Numbered from the stretch's first letter, positions 31,669-43,280 are shown. The stretch: DNA of 64,000 nucleotides from Ignavibacteriota bacterium (GCA_963727825.1 CAVSHO010000009.1:320001-384000), one strand, 5' to 3'. Translations and numbers: made by a program. Notes: a model not told the origin generated them from the sequence alone.

Positions 31669-32151
31669 ATGAAATCAAATAAAGAAATTCATCTTTTGCT
31701 TCAATTCATTGATGAAGCATACAAGAAGCGCGCGTGGCAAGGAACAAATCTACGCGGTTCTATTCGCGGCTTAACAGCACAGGAAGCGGCATGGCGGCCA
31801 GCTCCGGAGCGGCACAATATCTGGGAGATTATAATACATACAGCTTATTGGAAGTATATCATTCGACGGCGTCTACTTAGAGAGAAGAAAGGCTCATTTC
31901 CATTAAAAGGAAGTAATTGGATCAAACGTCCAATTGTTATGAGCGAGAATGCCTGGCTTGAAGACATTTGCCTGCTTGATGAAATGCATCGTTCGATGAG
32001 TGAAGCGATTGCTATGCTCAAGCCATCGGATCTCAACCGAAAACCTGCCGGCAGTAAATTCACAAATGCATCCATTATCTCCGGTATTGCCTGCCACGAC
32101 GTTTACCATACAGGTCAAATACAATTGCTTAAACGATTGATGAAGCAATGA
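31669..32151 (+). CDS. DinB family protein
   Basis: HNIWEIIIH...HDVYHTGQI. Confidence 0.82.
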   Translation: MKSNKEIHLLLQFIDEAYKKRAWQGTNLRGSIRGLTAQEAAWRPAPERHNIWEIIIHTAYWKYIIRRRLLREKKGSFPLKGSNWIKRPIVMSENAWLEDICLLDEMHRSMSEAIAMLKPSDLNRKPAGSKFTNASIISGIACHDVYHTGQIQLLKRLMKQ

Positions 32152-33389
32152 GCAACAACGCACCTTCTAAAAAACCAATCTGGCAAAAGACTTTTGCGGC
32201 GCTGAAACATAGAAATTACCGCCTCTGGTTCTGTGGACAAATGATATCATTATTCGGCACGTGGATGCAAACAACTGCCCAGGGATTTCTTGTTTATCAA
32301 GTGACACATTCTTCGGCATATCTTGGGTACGTAGGTTTTTTTTATGGCGTTCCTTCTTGGCTTTTTATGATGTACGCTGGAGTTGTTGCAGATCGCGTCT
32401 CAAAACGCAAGCTTCTCATCATCACACAATCTGTGATGATGACTCTCGCATTTATTCTTGCAGCACTTGTATTCACAGACACTGTCCGAGCATGGCATAT
32501 TCTTATGTTAGCATTCGGCCTGGGATTGGCTAACGCTTTTGACGCACCAGCGCGCCAGGCATTTGTATCAGAATTGGTGGACCGAGAAGATTTAACAAAT
32601 GCCGTTGCGCTAAATGCAACAATGTTCAACACAGCTCTTATCGTTGGTCCGGCAATTGCCGGCGTAATTTATGCCGCTTTCGGACCTGGGTGGTGTTTTG
32701 CTGTCAACGGGATATCATTCATTGCTGTCATCATCGCACTGGCAGCGATGCGTTTTCTGCCAATCAAAGAAACTTCACAACGCAGTTCTACTCTATCTGC
32801 ATTAAAGGAAGGGATTAATTATGTTCGTCATCAACCGACCATTCTTGCACTCATCGGATTGGTCGCGACAGCAAGTATATTCGGAATGTCGTTAGGCACA
32901 TTACTTCCTGCATGGTCGGTGAAAATACTCCATGGTAACGCAGCAACAAACGGCCTTCTCTTTTCTGCTCGCGGCGTCGGTTCTCTTTTTGGAGCATTGA
33001 CCATAGCCACGCTCGGAAGATCTCATGTCCGTGGCAAATTTATTACGTTCGGCTCCCTCTGCTTTCCCATTTTTATTACTTTCTTTGCATTAACATATTG
33101 GCTGCCGTTCTCGCTGCTATTCATGGTATTTGTTGGTATATCTATGATATTTGTTGTTAATTTTTCCAATGCCACCATACAATCGATTGTACCCGACTCG
33201 CTAAGGGGACGTGTTATGGGTGTGTACACCACGATCTTTATGGGATCGATGCCGATTGGTGCATTGATGCTCGGAACCATTGCCGAACATGCCGGTGAAG
33301 CAGAAGCGGCTTTGATAAGTGCAGCAGTGGCTTTTATTATTGCATGCCTTGTATGGTTCTTGATACCAAAAGTACGAGCGATAGAATAG
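32148..33389 (+). CDS. MFS transporter (MFS_3 / DUF894-like)
   Basis: AGVVADRVSKRK, DAPARQAF and LRGRV motifs; 12 transmembrane segments. Confidence 0.9.
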   Translation: MSNNAPSKKPIWQKTFAALKHRNYRLWFCGQMISLFGTWMQTTAQGFLVYQVTHSSAYLGYVGFFYGVPSWLFMMYAGVVADRVSKRKLLIITQSVMMTLAFILAALVFTDTVRAWHILMLAFGLGLANAFDAPARQAFVSELVDREDLTNAVALNATMFNTALIVGPAIAGVIYAAFGPGWCFAVNGISFIAVIIALAAMRFLPIKETSQRSSTLSALKEGINYVRHQPTILALIGLVATASIFGMSLGTLLPAWSVKILHGNAATNGLLFSARGVGSLFGALTIATLGRSHVRGKFITFGSLCFPIFITFFALTYWLPFSLLFMVFVGISMIFVVNFSNATIQSIVPDSLRGRVMGVYTTIFMGSMPIGALMLGTIAEHAGEAEAALISAAVAFIIACLVWFLIPKVRAIE

Positions 33390-33462
33390 ATATATAAAAA
33401 AAGGTGAAGCATTTATTTTCTTCTGCTTCACCCTTTGCAAACCCAATGTATATTATATTCTT

Positions 33463-34740
33463 CTACTGGGTGCCCAATGCGTTCACTAGCCACAAGCTTA
33501 ACTCGGGAATGTATGTAATTACCATTAAAGCGATTGCCTCAAACAAGACAAACATAATTACTGCCTTTGAAAGATGAATAATCGATTTCTCGAACCGAAG
33601 GCTGGAGAGAAACAAATTGAGTCCCATTGGCGGCATAAGGTAACCCAGCTCAAGATTTGTTAGGAAGATAATGCCAAGATGTACAGGGTTAATATTAAAA
33701 TGTTGCGCTATAGGTAAAATGATTGGAACCGAAACGATCGCCGAAAATATTTCCATCATCATACCGATAACAATGAGAAACACATTTAAAATCAGAAGAA
33801 ACATAATTTTGCTAGACACATATGTTTGCACGATTTCAAATAATCTTTGCGGCACCTGTTGATCGATCAGGAAGTTCATCAATCCTAAAGCGCAGCCCAA
33901 GATCATTAAAATAGCACCGACGAGGAGCATACTTCGTTTCATTACACGCGGGATATCACGGAAGATATGAAGATCACGATAGATGAATACTTCAACCACA
34001 AATGCATAAAACGCTGTAATTGCAGCAGCTTCCGTTGCAGTGAAGAAACCACCATAAATTCCACCGATCACGACAAAAGGCAATGGTATCTCCCAAATCG
34101 CTGCCCGTAATGAGGACCAGACGTTTTTCCAAAAGAAGGGAATTTTGGGAACCTTGTACTTGACGCTCACTCTAAAACTATATGCACATAAGAACAGAAT
34201 GAGAATAATTCCGGGAATAAGTCCGGCAACGAAAAGCTTATTAATGCTCACACCTGCAACAAATGCAAAAAGAATAATGGGAAGACTCGGCGGGAAAAGC
34301 AATCCGATGCTTCCTGAAGCCGTTACCAGTCCAAGAGAAAATTTCTCCGGGTATTTTTGTTTTATGAGAATCGGATAAAGAAGCCCGCCCAACGCAACAA
34401 TTGTTACACCGGACGCTCCAGTAAATGCTGTAAAGATTGCACAGGAGAACAGAGCTACAATCGCTAACCCTGCAGGCATCCACCCGAACAATGCTTCTGC
34501 AAGATTAACCAGTCGTTTTGGAGATTTACTTTCCGCAAGCAAATAGCCCGCAAAGGTAAACAATGGCACAGCGATGAGTGTCGGTTGATCAGCAATTTTA
34601 CTGTAAAAATCGATGATGAGGGCAGACGTATCTATATCAGCAGAGCTGAAAGCGTATAATCCCACAGCTCCAATGATCGTAAACAACGGCGCGCCAAAGA
34701 ACGCGATAAGCAGTAATCCTAAAATCAACCAGATGCTCAT
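33463..34740 (-). CDS. dctM: TRAP transporter large permease
   Basis: AVPLFT.AG, LFPPSLP, T.TEAA and PPMGLNLF motifs. Confidence 0.9.
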   Translation of the reverse strand: MSIWLILGLLLIAFFGAPLFTIIGAVGLYAFSSADIDTSALIIDFYSKIADQPTLIAVPLFTFAGYLLAESKSPKRLVNLAEALFGWMPAGLAIVALFSCAIFTAFTGASGVTIVALGGLLYPILIKQKYPEKFSLGLVTASGSIGLLFPPSLPIILFAFVAGVSINKLFVAGLIPGIILILFLCAYSFRVSVKYKVPKIPFFWKNVWSSLRAAIWEIPLPFVVIGGIYGGFFTATEAAAITAFYAFVVEVFIYRDLHIFRDIPRVMKRSMLLVGAILMILGCALGLMNFLIDQQVPQRLFEIVQTYVSSKIMFLLILNVFLIVIGMMMEIFSAIVSVPIILPIAQHFNINPVHLGIIFLTNLELGYLMPPMGLNLFLSSLRFEKSIIHLSKAVIMFVLFEAIALMVITYIPELSLWLVNALGTQ

Positions 34741-35231
34741 TCACCACCGCCTTTCGTGAGAGCATGTCCCCGGATTATTGCCCGGATGGCAAAATGTACT
34801 ACTAGCAGTCCAAAGCCGACCGGAATAATGATCTGGGCATACCACACGGGGATATTCTGATACATCATTTGTCCTGCCGCTTTTTCGGATTCAACAAAAA
34901 CCCGGGCAGCATTCATCAGAAAGTAACAGACAATCGCGGCGAAGAGGTCTGTAATAGCATCAACAGCAGAGCGAATACGAGGAGGAAGGAATCGCCGAAG
35001 GGCATCGATATTGATATGCCGTTTTTCACTGGTGGCAATTGCAGCACCAAGAAATCCAATCCAGAGGACAAGGTGTCGTAATAAAACATCTGCGCCATTG
35101 ATACCCGTATGGAATACATTTCGCAGCATGACCTGGCTGAATGCGACCAGCACCATGATAGAAAGCATCAGAATAAGCAGGGCGCCTTCAACTTTGTTGA
35201 GAGCAAGATCAAAAGATTTAAGTATCTTCAT
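34737..35231 (-). CDS. dctQ: TRAP transporter small permease
   Basis: Four transmembrane segments, LW.GFLGA..A....RHINID motif, and operon position. Confidence 0.88.
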   Translation of the reverse strand: MKILKSFDLALNKVEGALLILMLSIMVLVAFSQVMLRNVFHTGINGADVLLRHLVLWIGFLGAAIATSEKRHINIDALRRFLPPRIRSAVDAITDLFAAIVCYFLMNAARVFVESEKAAGQMMYQNIPVWYAQIIIPVGFGLLVVHFAIRAIIRGHALTKGGGE

Positions 35232-36235
35232 TTAGATTTACGGCTCTTTCTATAATCAGCAACTTCATTTTCTACGCGTTTTAAAAATCCTTCATCATAT
35301 AGTTTGCCGAGAAGCATTCTACGCGCGCGGGTGCCTGTTTCAATATATTCTTTTGTTGCTTTTGCATCTGCCTTAGTAAAAATAATGCCTCGCTTTTTTA
35401 ATTCAATCAACGAATTCTGGTTGTCCTTACGCCCAAGCTCAGTAAGCTTATTCATGTAGATTTTTCCATTACGAAGAAGAATTTCTTTGAGATCAGCGGG
35501 CAGGTTGTCGAAAAACTTTTTTGAGATGACAACAGCACCGGTCGAACAAGTTAATGGGAAATCGACGACATACTTCGCTTGTGTATACCATTGCAACGAA
35601 ATTCCTGCATAAGGCGTTGTATAGAACGCATTGATCAATCCCGTTTGAAGAGAAGTATAGACGTTATCGATGGAAAGTGGAATAGGCGTAAGGCCAATGG
35701 CAGCAAATGCGGTTTCAGCAACCGGGTCGCCTTCCCATACCCACATTTTCTGCTGCTTAATATCTGAAGGCTGCATAATTGGCGTCTTGCTGAACACATA
35801 CACAAATCCAATTTCAACTAAACCAAGTAATTCGTATCCGTTTGCTTCAAATGCCCCGCGAATTTCTCCGTCAAATTTATTATACAGATTATCGGCTTCA
35901 TCGCTCGTTTGAATGAGGAAGGGTGCATCGAACAATCGAATCTTCGGCGCTATTTCGCCAAGTCCGACACCTGTGAATCCGGCTGCGTGCAATTGGCCAA
36001 CAGAAATTTTTCGCACCACCGTTTTTTCATCTCCCTGTACCATACCCGGATACATTTTGAACCCAAGGCGTCCACCGCTCTCTTGCCGGATTGTTTTATC
36101 ATATTCATGCATCACATTCATCCATGTAGTACCTTCTGGAGAAATAGAAGCGAATTTGATTAAATATTGCTGGGAAAAGCAAGTGTAGAAGTAAAAGGTA
36201 AAAAGTAAAAAGTAACTTAAGTGTTTAATATTCAT
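35228..36235 (-). CDS. dctP: TRAP substrate-binding protein (DctP/TatP)
   Basis: IKFAS..PEGT.W, YPG.VQGDE, MWVWEGDP and SLQTGLI motifs. Confidence 0.88.
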   Translation of the reverse strand: MNIKHLSYFLLFTFYFYTCFSQQYLIKFASISPEGTTWMNVMHEYDKTIRQESGGRLGFKMYPGMVQGDEKTVVRKISVGQLHAAGFTGVGLGEIAPKIRLFDAPFLIQTSDEADNLYNKFDGEIRGAFEANGYELLGLVEIGFVYVFSKTPIMQPSDIKQQKMWVWEGDPVAETAFAAIGLTPIPLSIDNVYTSLQTGLINAFYTTPYAGISLQWYTQAKYVVDFPLTCSTGAVVISKKFFDNLPADLKEILLRNGKIYMNKLTELGRKDNQNSLIELKKRGIIFTKADAKATKEYIETGTRARRMLLGKLYDEGFLKRVENEVADYRKSRKSK

Positions 36236-36269
36236 TGTAATCCTTTGGGTTTTATTATTTCTTCATGCT

Positions 36270-37127
36270 CTAAAATAATTCACTCTCTTGAACTAACAAT
36301 CGTTGCGCCTTTTGCTTTGCGATAACATTCGCAAGCCGAATTTCAGGCACATCGTCTATTGAAGCAGCTTCAACTTGTTTCAGTAACGACTCAAATAACG
36401 ATTGATTCTGAGTTGCTACCGCATACGTCTTTGCATAATACAATTGCGTCATTAAAAACTTGCCGCCGTTTATTGTCAGACATTTCTCAAAATACTCTTT
36501 CGCTTTGTCGGGATTTCCGCCGAGCGCCCGAGGTGTGGCACCTTCTAAAACACCGAGAAATAAATATGCCCCGCCATGGTAGAACGATGGATCTTTTTCT
36601 GCCACAAATTCGATAAGAGCTTGCACTTTGTTCAAATCAGCAAGACCCGCAACATCTGTGCGTGTGATATTGACGTAACTACCCCAGCTAAATGCCGTCC
36701 AGAAAATTGCAGGTACATCTTCTTTATCAAATGTTTTTACTGCCTCTCGGAATGTTGTATTATCGCCATCCAATGCATCTTTAAATTTCTTGTTTTTCAA
36801 CAGAATATGCATCCCATATTCTTTTGCGCGCAAATAAAAAACACGGGCACGTTCTACGCTATCATCCTCACAAAACGCCAGCGCATAGGAATTATACCCC
36901 TGTGCAGCAAATAAAAGAAATTGCTCGTTCTCCGGATCGCTCTTGATCATTGCCTCGATCAGTTTGAGATTACTTCCGAGTGCTTCATGTGCTAGTTGTA
37001 GATCGGATTCCTCATTAAACGATGCCAATCCATTATCGAGAATTCCACCCATTGAACGCAACGCAATGGTCTGGATGCATCCCTCTAAGAGAAATGCTGC
37101 CGCCAGAAGCAACAATACATGCTTCAT
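36270..37127 (-). CDS. TRAP transporter TatT component lipoprotein (TPAT system)
   Basis: Lipobox LEGC, helical repeats, ESD..LA and LGGNP.KAKEYF motifs, immediately upstream of dctP. Confidence 0.82.
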   Translation of the reverse strand: MKHVLLLLAAAFLLEGCIQTIALRSMGGILDNGLASFNEESDLQLAHEALGSNLKLIEAMIKSDPENEQFLLFAAQGYNSYALAFCEDDSVERARVFYLRAKEYGMHILLKNKKFKDALDGDNTTFREAVKTFDKEDVPAIFWTAFSWGSYVNITRTDVAGLADLNKVQALIEFVAEKDPSFYHGGAYLFLGVLEGATPRALGGNPDKAKEYFEKCLTINGGKFLMTQLYYAKTYAVATQNQSLFESLLKQVEAASIDDVPEIRLANVIAKQKAQRLLVQESELF

Positions 37128-37413
37128 ATCACCATCCTATAATTACTATGTATAAAAAAATATAGGAAAAAAATGTGTGTGATTCAAAGACGACAAGATG
37201 AAGAGTTTTTCATCTGCGATCAAGTACGCTGAGAAATATTTGTTCCTTGTATATTTCTAGCTGCTCTTACTTATTGGGCATTTGTTTGAGGAAATGCGGT
37301 CAATTAACAGAGGATTGAACTTGTATAGAGAACGAAGGTGGTCTTTACGATAAAGATGATTTATATTTACTATGTTGGATATTAAAATCGATCTCATTAG
37401 AGAGAAAACGATT

Positions 37414-39045
37414 ATGAAAACATCATCCCTGAAGACCTTACCGGCTTGGAAAGCATTAGAAGCACATTACGCTAAGGTGCGATCTATGCATTTGCGGCAA
37501 TTATTTGACAATGATCCTAAGCGCGGAGAACAGTTTACCGCTGAAGCAGCGGGGTTGTATCTTGATTTTTCTAAAAATCGAATTACTGATGAAACGATTC
37601 CTTTACTGATACAACTTGCGGAGGCATGCGGTTTACGTCAGAGTATCGATGCAATGTTTAGCGGCGAGAAAATCAATACAACCGAACAGCGGGCTGTGCT
37701 TCATACCGCATTGCGCGCCCCAAGGGGGAAGAAAATTCTGGTGGATGGTACGGATGTAGTTCCTGAAGTGCACGCCGTACTCGAGCGAATGGAAGTGTTC
37801 GCAAATAAAGTCCGTAACGGCGAATGGCGAGGATATTCAGGCAAACCAATACGCAATATTGTCAACATAGGCATTGGAGGGTCTGACTTAGGTCCCGTAA
37901 TGGCGTACGAAGCATTACGATTTTACAGTCAAAGGGATATGACCTTCCGTTTTATCTCTAACGTGGATGGCTCCGACTTTGCAGAAGCGACACGTGATCT
38001 TAATCCCGGGGAAACGTTGTTCATTATTTGTTCAAAGACATTTACAACGGTAGAGACATTGGCGAATGCCAACAATGCACGCGCTTGGTGTTTGAAAGCA
38101 CTTAGTGATGAGAAAGCGGTGAGCAACCATTTTGTTGCCATTTCGACTAATGGCAAAGAGGTAGCAGCATTCGGTATCGATACTGCAAATATGTTCGGGT
38201 TTTGGGACTGGGTAGGCGGACGCTATTCGATGGATTCGGCGATCGGACTTTCGACAATGATTGCTGTTGGGCCGGAACGCTTTCGTGCTCTACTTGATGG
38301 ATTCTATGCGATGGATGAGCATTTTAGATCGGCGCCGTTCGAGAAGAATCTACCGGTACTTATGGGATTGCTGACAGTGTGGTATACGAATTTCTTTGGC
38401 GCCGAAACAACTGCTGTGCTGCCGTACGATCAATACCTTAAACGACTTCCCGCATACCTGCAGCAATTGACGATGGAAAGCAACGGCAAGCATATTACAC
38501 TTGACGGTGTGAACGTCGATTACCAAACGAGTCCGATTTACTGGGGCGAACCGGGCACCAATGGACAACATTCATTTTTCCAGCTTCTGCACCAGGGGAC
38601 AAAATTAGTACCGTGCGATTTTATCGGTTTCTGCCAAACTTTGAATCCCGTAGGAAGCCAGCATGCGATGCTCATGGCAAATTTCCTTGCGCAAACAGAA
38701 GCACTTGCGTTCGGGAAAACGGAAGAGGAAGTAAAAACAGACGGAACATCTGCTTGGTTAGCGCCTCACCGTGTGTTTGAAGGAAACAGGCCGACCAACA
38801 CTATTTTTGCAGAAAAGTTGACGCCGGAAGTGCTTGGAGCATTGATCGCCCTCTACGAGCATAGCGTTTATACTCAAGGAGTCATCTGGAACATTGATTC
38901 ATTTGACCAGTGGGGAGTTGAACTCGGCAAAGTACTGGCGAAACGAATGATACCAGAACTTGAAAATACGGATGAACCTGTGCTGAAGCACGACAGTTCC
39001 ACGAATACACTCATACGAAGATACAGGAAATTCAATTCATATTAA
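37414..39045 (+). CDS. pgi: Glucose-6-phosphate isomerase
   Basis: [30 protein letters not shown] and DQWGVELGK motifs. Start refined to MKTSS. Confidence 0.96.
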   Translation: MKTSSLKTLPAWKALEAHYAKVRSMHLRQLFDNDPKRGEQFTAEAAGLYLDFSKNRITDETIPLLIQLAEACGLRQSIDAMFSGEKINTTEQRAVLHTALRAPRGKKILVDGTDVVPEVHAVLERMEVFANKVRNGEWRGYSGKPIRNIVNIGIGGSDLGPVMAYEALRFYSQRDMTFRFISNVDGSDFAEATRDLNPGETLFIICSKTFTTVETLANANNARAWCLKALSDEKAVSNHFVAISTNGKEVAAFGIDTANMFGFWDWVGGRYSMDSAIGLSTMIAVGPERFRALLDGFYAMDEHFRSAPFEKNLPVLMGLLTVWYTNFFGAETTAVLPYDQYLKRLPAYLQQLTMESNGKHITLDGVNVDYQTSPIYWGEPGTNGQHSFFQLLHQGTKLVPCDFIGFCQTLNPVGSQHAMLMANFLAQTEALAFGKTEEEVKTDGTSAWLAPHRVFEGNRPTNTIFAEKLTPEVLGALIALYEHSVYTQGVIWNIDSFDQWGVELGKVLAKRMIPELENTDEPVLKHDSSTNTLIRRYRKFNSY

Positions 39046-39195
39046 CATGAAGGAGAAATGACTTGGCTTTATTCTTATTACTCAAGTTATTCTACCCCAT
39101 CATCTTTTTACATTCTCCATTTGACACTTTTCCGATAAACGAGTAACTTCACCCTGCAATAAAAATTTAATAACCTCACCAAGAACAGGATCGTT

Positions 39196-39930
39196 ATGCG
39201 CATCCTCGTAATTGAAGACGAATTAAAAGTTGCCCGTTTCCTAAAAAAAGGTCTGGAAGCCGAAAGATATGAAGTAGAAACTGCTGCTGATGGAAAATCC
39301 GGCGAGAAGTTAGCCCGCACCGAAGCATACGACCTAATCCTGCTCGATGTCCTATTGCCCAAAAAGGATGGCTTTGAAATATTACGCGACCTTCGCAAAG
39401 ATGAAATCCGAACTCCTATATTGATGCTGACCGCGCGAAGCACAACTGAGGATATAGTTGGTGGATTGGATCAAGGCGCAGATGATTATTTAACAAAACC
39501 ATTCGCCTTCACTGAATTGTTGGCGCGCATCCGATCTCTCATGCGCCGGGGAACAGTTAAGACAAAACTCAAATATATCGATCTGACATTGGACACGATC
39601 GCACACAAAGCCAGCCGTTCCGGTAAACAGATCGAATTAACCGCCCGCGAATATGCTTTAATAGAATACTTTATGTGCAACCGTGGCAAATTGATTTCGC
39701 GACAGGAACTAGCAAAAGAAATTTGGGGATATAATTTTGATCCCGGAACAAATGTTGTTGATGTATACGTGAATCATTTGCGGAATAAAATAGATACTGA
39801 TTTCACAGTGAAGCTTCTACAAACAGAACGCGGCAAAGGGTACTACCTTTCAGACAAGAAGATTACATTCAAGCCCGCCAAGCAAACGGTGACCTACCCC
39901 GAAAAATTCGGGGCAGGCAAGTCGACATGA
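39196..39930 (+). CDS. OmpR-family response regulator (CusR/CzcR-like)
   Basis: REC domain plus LTAREY, NVVDVYV.HLR.KID and RGKGY motifs. Confidence 0.92.
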   Translation: MRILVIEDELKVARFLKKGLEAERYEVETAADGKSGEKLARTEAYDLILLDVLLPKKDGFEILRDLRKDEIRTPILMLTARSTTEDIVGGLDQGADDYLTKPFAFTELLARIRSLMRRGTVKTKLKYIDLTLDTIAHKASRSGKQIELTAREYALIEYFMCNRGKLISRQELAKEIWGYNFDPGTNVVDVYVNHLRNKIDTDFTVKLLQTERGKGYYLSDKKITFKPAKQTVTYPEKFGAGKST

Positions 39931-41414
39931 CAATTCTTCACTCCATCCGTACCAAGCTTTCGCTGTGGTACGCTGCAATTCTTGGTGTCACACTTCTCGG
40001 CTCAGGTGTTATTGCATATTTTGCATCGCGATCCTCGCTCCGTGATAATCTGGACTATTCCTTAAAGAATGAAGTGGAATGGGTGAACGAATTCATCGGA
40101 CCGCAAGCTAAGAAAGTAAAAATAAAACGCGCCGCACTCAAAGAACTGCAAGAACTTAAACGCACAGCCGCACAGCAGGAAGAGCAGCCGGAAGTAATTG
40201 ATACAAGCGCCGGTAAACGTACTGAAATAGATGAAATGTGGAATCAAATTTATCAGCACACTCTGCTGAGTCCACGTCGGCATTATATTCAAATTCTTGA
40301 CCGCAACGGCGACTTGCTGTACCGATCTCAAAGCCTCCGTGGGCACACGCTTAGCTACAACGAGATTCCATATCAATGGATCAATGTCGTCAGTACGAAG
40401 GGTCCGGATAATCAGGATATTCGCCTTGCATTGACACAAAACGATTATGTCAAAATTTTTGTGGCGTACCCGCTGGAACCGATCTATGAAGTTACGGATA
40501 ATGTCTTCTACAATTTTCTTTTTATCACACCATTTGCATTATTGATCTCTATTATCGGCGGATGGTTTCTGGCGCACAAATCACTCAAGCCTGTAGACGA
40601 ACTGACGAAGACTGCAAAAGAAATTACCGCGCAAAATCTTAGCCGCCGGCTTCCAACGCTCCGTGCCGATGACGAACTTAGCCGGCTCACAGAACAATTC
40701 AACGATATGATCAGCCGGCTCCAGGCATCATTCGCACAAATCCAGCAGTTTTCTGCCGATGCATCGCACGAATTGCGCACACCGCTCACGATTATGCGCG
40801 GCGAAATAGAAGTAGCGCTTCGCAACCAACGATTGTCTAAAGATTCACGCGAACTGCTCAACAGCATCAATGATGAACTTATCCGGCTTTCTTCTATTGT
40901 AGAAAGCTTAATGATTCTTGTTAAATCTGATACAGGTAGATTAGTGTTCAATGTGCAGCCAATAGCTCTTGATGAGTTCATAGAAGAACTTTTTGAAGAA
41001 ACGAAAGTACTTGCCGAATCAAAAAAAATAAAGGTGAAATTAGAAAGCTCACAGCCAATCCGAATCAATGGCGATGCAGTGCGCTTGAAGCAGCTCTTCC
41101 TCAATCTTATCGATAACGCCTTAAAGTACACGCCGCCGCGAGGACAAGTTACGCTGACACTCACAAAAAAAGAAGGCGACGCCGTATTGTCGGTGAAGGA
41201 TAACGGCATGGGTATTCCACGGAAAGACCTGACCAAAATATTTGAGCGCTTTTATCGCGTGGATAGAAGTGAAGATACCATTGAAGACGCAGGCGGCAGC
41301 GGGCTCGGTCTCTCGATCGCTAAATGGATTACTGAAGCACACAACGGCTCAATCGAAGTGAAAAGCAGAGAAGGTAAAGGCAGTACGTTTATCGTAAGAT
41401 TACCTTCGCTCTAG
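39927..41414 (+). CDS. Sensor histidine kinase with HAMP domain (CusS-like)
   Basis: Two TMs, HAMP, ASHELRTPL, NLIDNALKY, DNGMGI, FERFYR and GLGLSI motifs. Confidence 0.93.
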   Translation: MTILHSIRTKLSLWYAAILGVTLLGSGVIAYFASRSSLRDNLDYSLKNEVEWVNEFIGPQAKKVKIKRAALKELQELKRTAAQQEEQPEVIDTSAGKRTEIDEMWNQIYQHTLLSPRRHYIQILDRNGDLLYRSQSLRGHTLSYNEIPYQWINVVSTKGPDNQDIRLALTQNDYVKIFVAYPLEPIYEVTDNVFYNFLFITPFALLISIIGGWFLAHKSLKPVDELTKTAKEITAQNLSRRLPTLRADDELSRLTEQFNDMISRLQASFAQIQQFSADASHELRTPLTIMRGEIEVALRNQRLSKDSRELLNSINDELIRLSSIVESLMILVKSDTGRLVFNVQPIALDEFIEELFEETKVLAESKKIKVKLESSQPIRINGDAVRLKQLFLNLIDNALKYTPPRGQVTLTLTKKEGDAVLSVKDNGMGIPRKDLTKIFERFYRVDRSEDTIEDAGGSGLGLSIAKWITEAHNGSIEVKSREGKGSTFIVRLPSL

Positions 41415-41488
41415 TAGAGTCCAGTCATTGACTAGACTTTATTTCCATTGTTTTCCTTAAGTCGTCCAATCTGATGATCGGACTCTAC
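41414..41488. repeat. 75-bp GTAG REP-like element (GTAGAGTCC...GGACTCTAC), copy 1
   Basis: 9-bp terminal inverted repeat; colinear second copy at 44735-44809. Confidence 0.8.
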
Positions 41489-41489
41489 C

Positions 41490-41576
41490 GATACTGATGT
41501 CCATAAAGGCTCAATCGAAGTAAAATGCAGAGAAGGCAAAGGCAGTACACTTATCGAGCGGTTTTCCATATTATAA
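41490..41576 (+). pseudogene. Diverged duplicate of the last 29 codons of the upstream histidine kinase
   Basis: Aligns without indels to 41328-41414 (GGCTCAATCGAAGT.AAA.GCAGAGAAGG.AAAGGCAGTAC), with a stop codon at the equivalent position. Confidence 0.75.
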
Positions 41577-41621
41577 AAACCAATTCAATGCAAAAGTGCG
41601 ATATGCTCAACACTATTTTTT

Positions 41622-42789
41622 TTACACCAGAGGTAAGGCTATTTCTATTTGAATGCGGTTATCTGTATTGACATTCACATGGAAAGCGCCCCCTTGAGCT
41701 TCAATGATTCTTCGTGAAATTGCAAGATCTAAAGTGATTTCCATTGAGGTGTTATTGATATTTTTCCACTCGGTTTCCATTTCGGTCATTCCTACCAAAA
41801 GTCCGTCAGAAGTCATCGAACGATTTGAGTACTCGATTGTACAAAGCACACATTCAGATTGATCTCCATTCAAACCGATTTGAGATTTCGAGAGCGTTAC
41901 ATTCAGGAGATCCCCTTGTTTTGAAGCATTTATCCCAATCTCAAAAATGCTATTCAAGACTTGCTCAACTCGTTCAGCGTCACATTTTACATGGGGGAGC
42001 TGAGAATCGTTTAATTGCTTAAACACAATTTTCTTTTCTAAAATGCAAGACTCATATCGGTCGGTTATCCGTTTTATTAACGAACCAAGATCCGTCTCTG
42101 TTTGGCGTAGAAGAAAAAATCCATCTGTGTGATCGTATTCTTTTACATTTTCTTCATCTTTGAGTGCACAATCTGCACATTTATGAGAACGATCGCACAC
42201 TGCAAAATCATTGACCTTTGTGCTTTCTCTCAGTGTATGAGCAATTTGATCATTGATATCGAGTGCATACGAGAGCAACGCCCTATCTTTCTCAGATAAC
42301 ACAGATCCCATTGACTCAAGCGTATGGTTCATTATGAATTGAATACTTCGCAGTGATCCTCGTACATCAAACAACACGGTGGACTGCCATAAATTTCGGA
42401 GCGCTGAGAATCGTTGTTCAGAATTACGCACACGAAGCAACGAATTAATTCGCGAGACCAATTCTGTAAGATCGATGGGTTTTAATAAATAGTCTTTTGC
42501 CCCCTTTTCTATACACTCTGTAGCCATAGAATAATCGTCAATGCGCAGTCAACATAACCACGTCTGTATAAGGATGTTTTGCCGTAATAAATTCCAACAC
42601 TTGTATTCCATTCATGAGCGGCATTTTGATATCCAGAAGCACGATATCATAAGTTTTTTGTTCGATACGAGTCAGCGCCTCCTCACCATTCGCCGCTGTG
42701 TCGACATCATACCCCTGTGATTTAAGTTTGTATTGACTGGACAGTGCAATTGCTGCCTGGTCGTCAACGACAAGAATTGAAGCTTTCAT
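41622..42789 (-). CDS. Receiver domain fused to a degenerate histidine-kinase-like domain; frameshift near 42540
   Basis: REC N-half in 42538..42789 (LDIKMP, MLTA) continues as DDYSMATECIEKGAKDYLLKP in the 41622 frame. HATPase-like remnants DAERVEQVLNS and LAISRRIIEAQGG. Confidence 0.75.
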
Positions 42790-42851
42790 TCAAACACCTC
42801 TTTCTAACGACATATTAGTATTCCTATTAAAATCCTAAATCCTTTGGTTCA

Positions 42852-43226
42852 CTAAGAACCGATATATTTCTGAATAGTGTTCAGCAATTCCTCCGGATCC
42901 ATTGGTTTCGTATAATGCTCTACGCAACCAATCGAGCGCGTACGCGCAATATCTTCCGGACGAGCTTGAGCTGTAAACGCAACGATCGGGATTGAACGGT
43001 ACAATAGATCTCTTTTGATGACAGACACAGCCATATAACCATCCATAACAGGCATTTGCATGTCCATCAATATCAGATCAGGCCGTTTTATCTTGAGAGA
43101 ATCGATCGCTTCCTGACCGTTCATTGCAACTACACACTCGATGTCGATGCGGCTGCGAGCTATAACAAATTTCACTAATTCACGATTATCTTCGTCGTCA
43201 TCGACTATTAGAACAACTTTGCTCAT
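42852..43226 (-). CDS. Single-domain response regulator (DivK/CheY-like)
   Basis: IVDD, LMDMQMP, AFTA and TKP motifs. Confidence 0.88.
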   Translation of the reverse strand: MSKVVLIVDDDEDNRELVKFVIARSRIDIECVVAMNGQEAIDSLKIKRPDLILMDMQMPVMDGYMAVSVIKRDLLYRSIPIVAFTAQARPEDIARTRSIGCVEHYTKPMDPEELLNTIQKYIGS

Positions 43227-43280
43227 TGAATGAACCTCCATGTGAGCGCTGAGTGATAAAAATATTTTCTTTTTGAACGA

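Noticed and set aside
33463-37127. TRAP transporter with an extra TPR lipoprotein as a novel system
   Set aside because: Matches the described TPAT (TatT/TatP) transporters.
41328-41576. Kinase 3'-end duplicate as a DGR template/variable repeat pair
   Set aside because: Mismatches include C/T changes (CAC/CAT, GGT/GGC, TTT/CTT) and are not confined to adenines.
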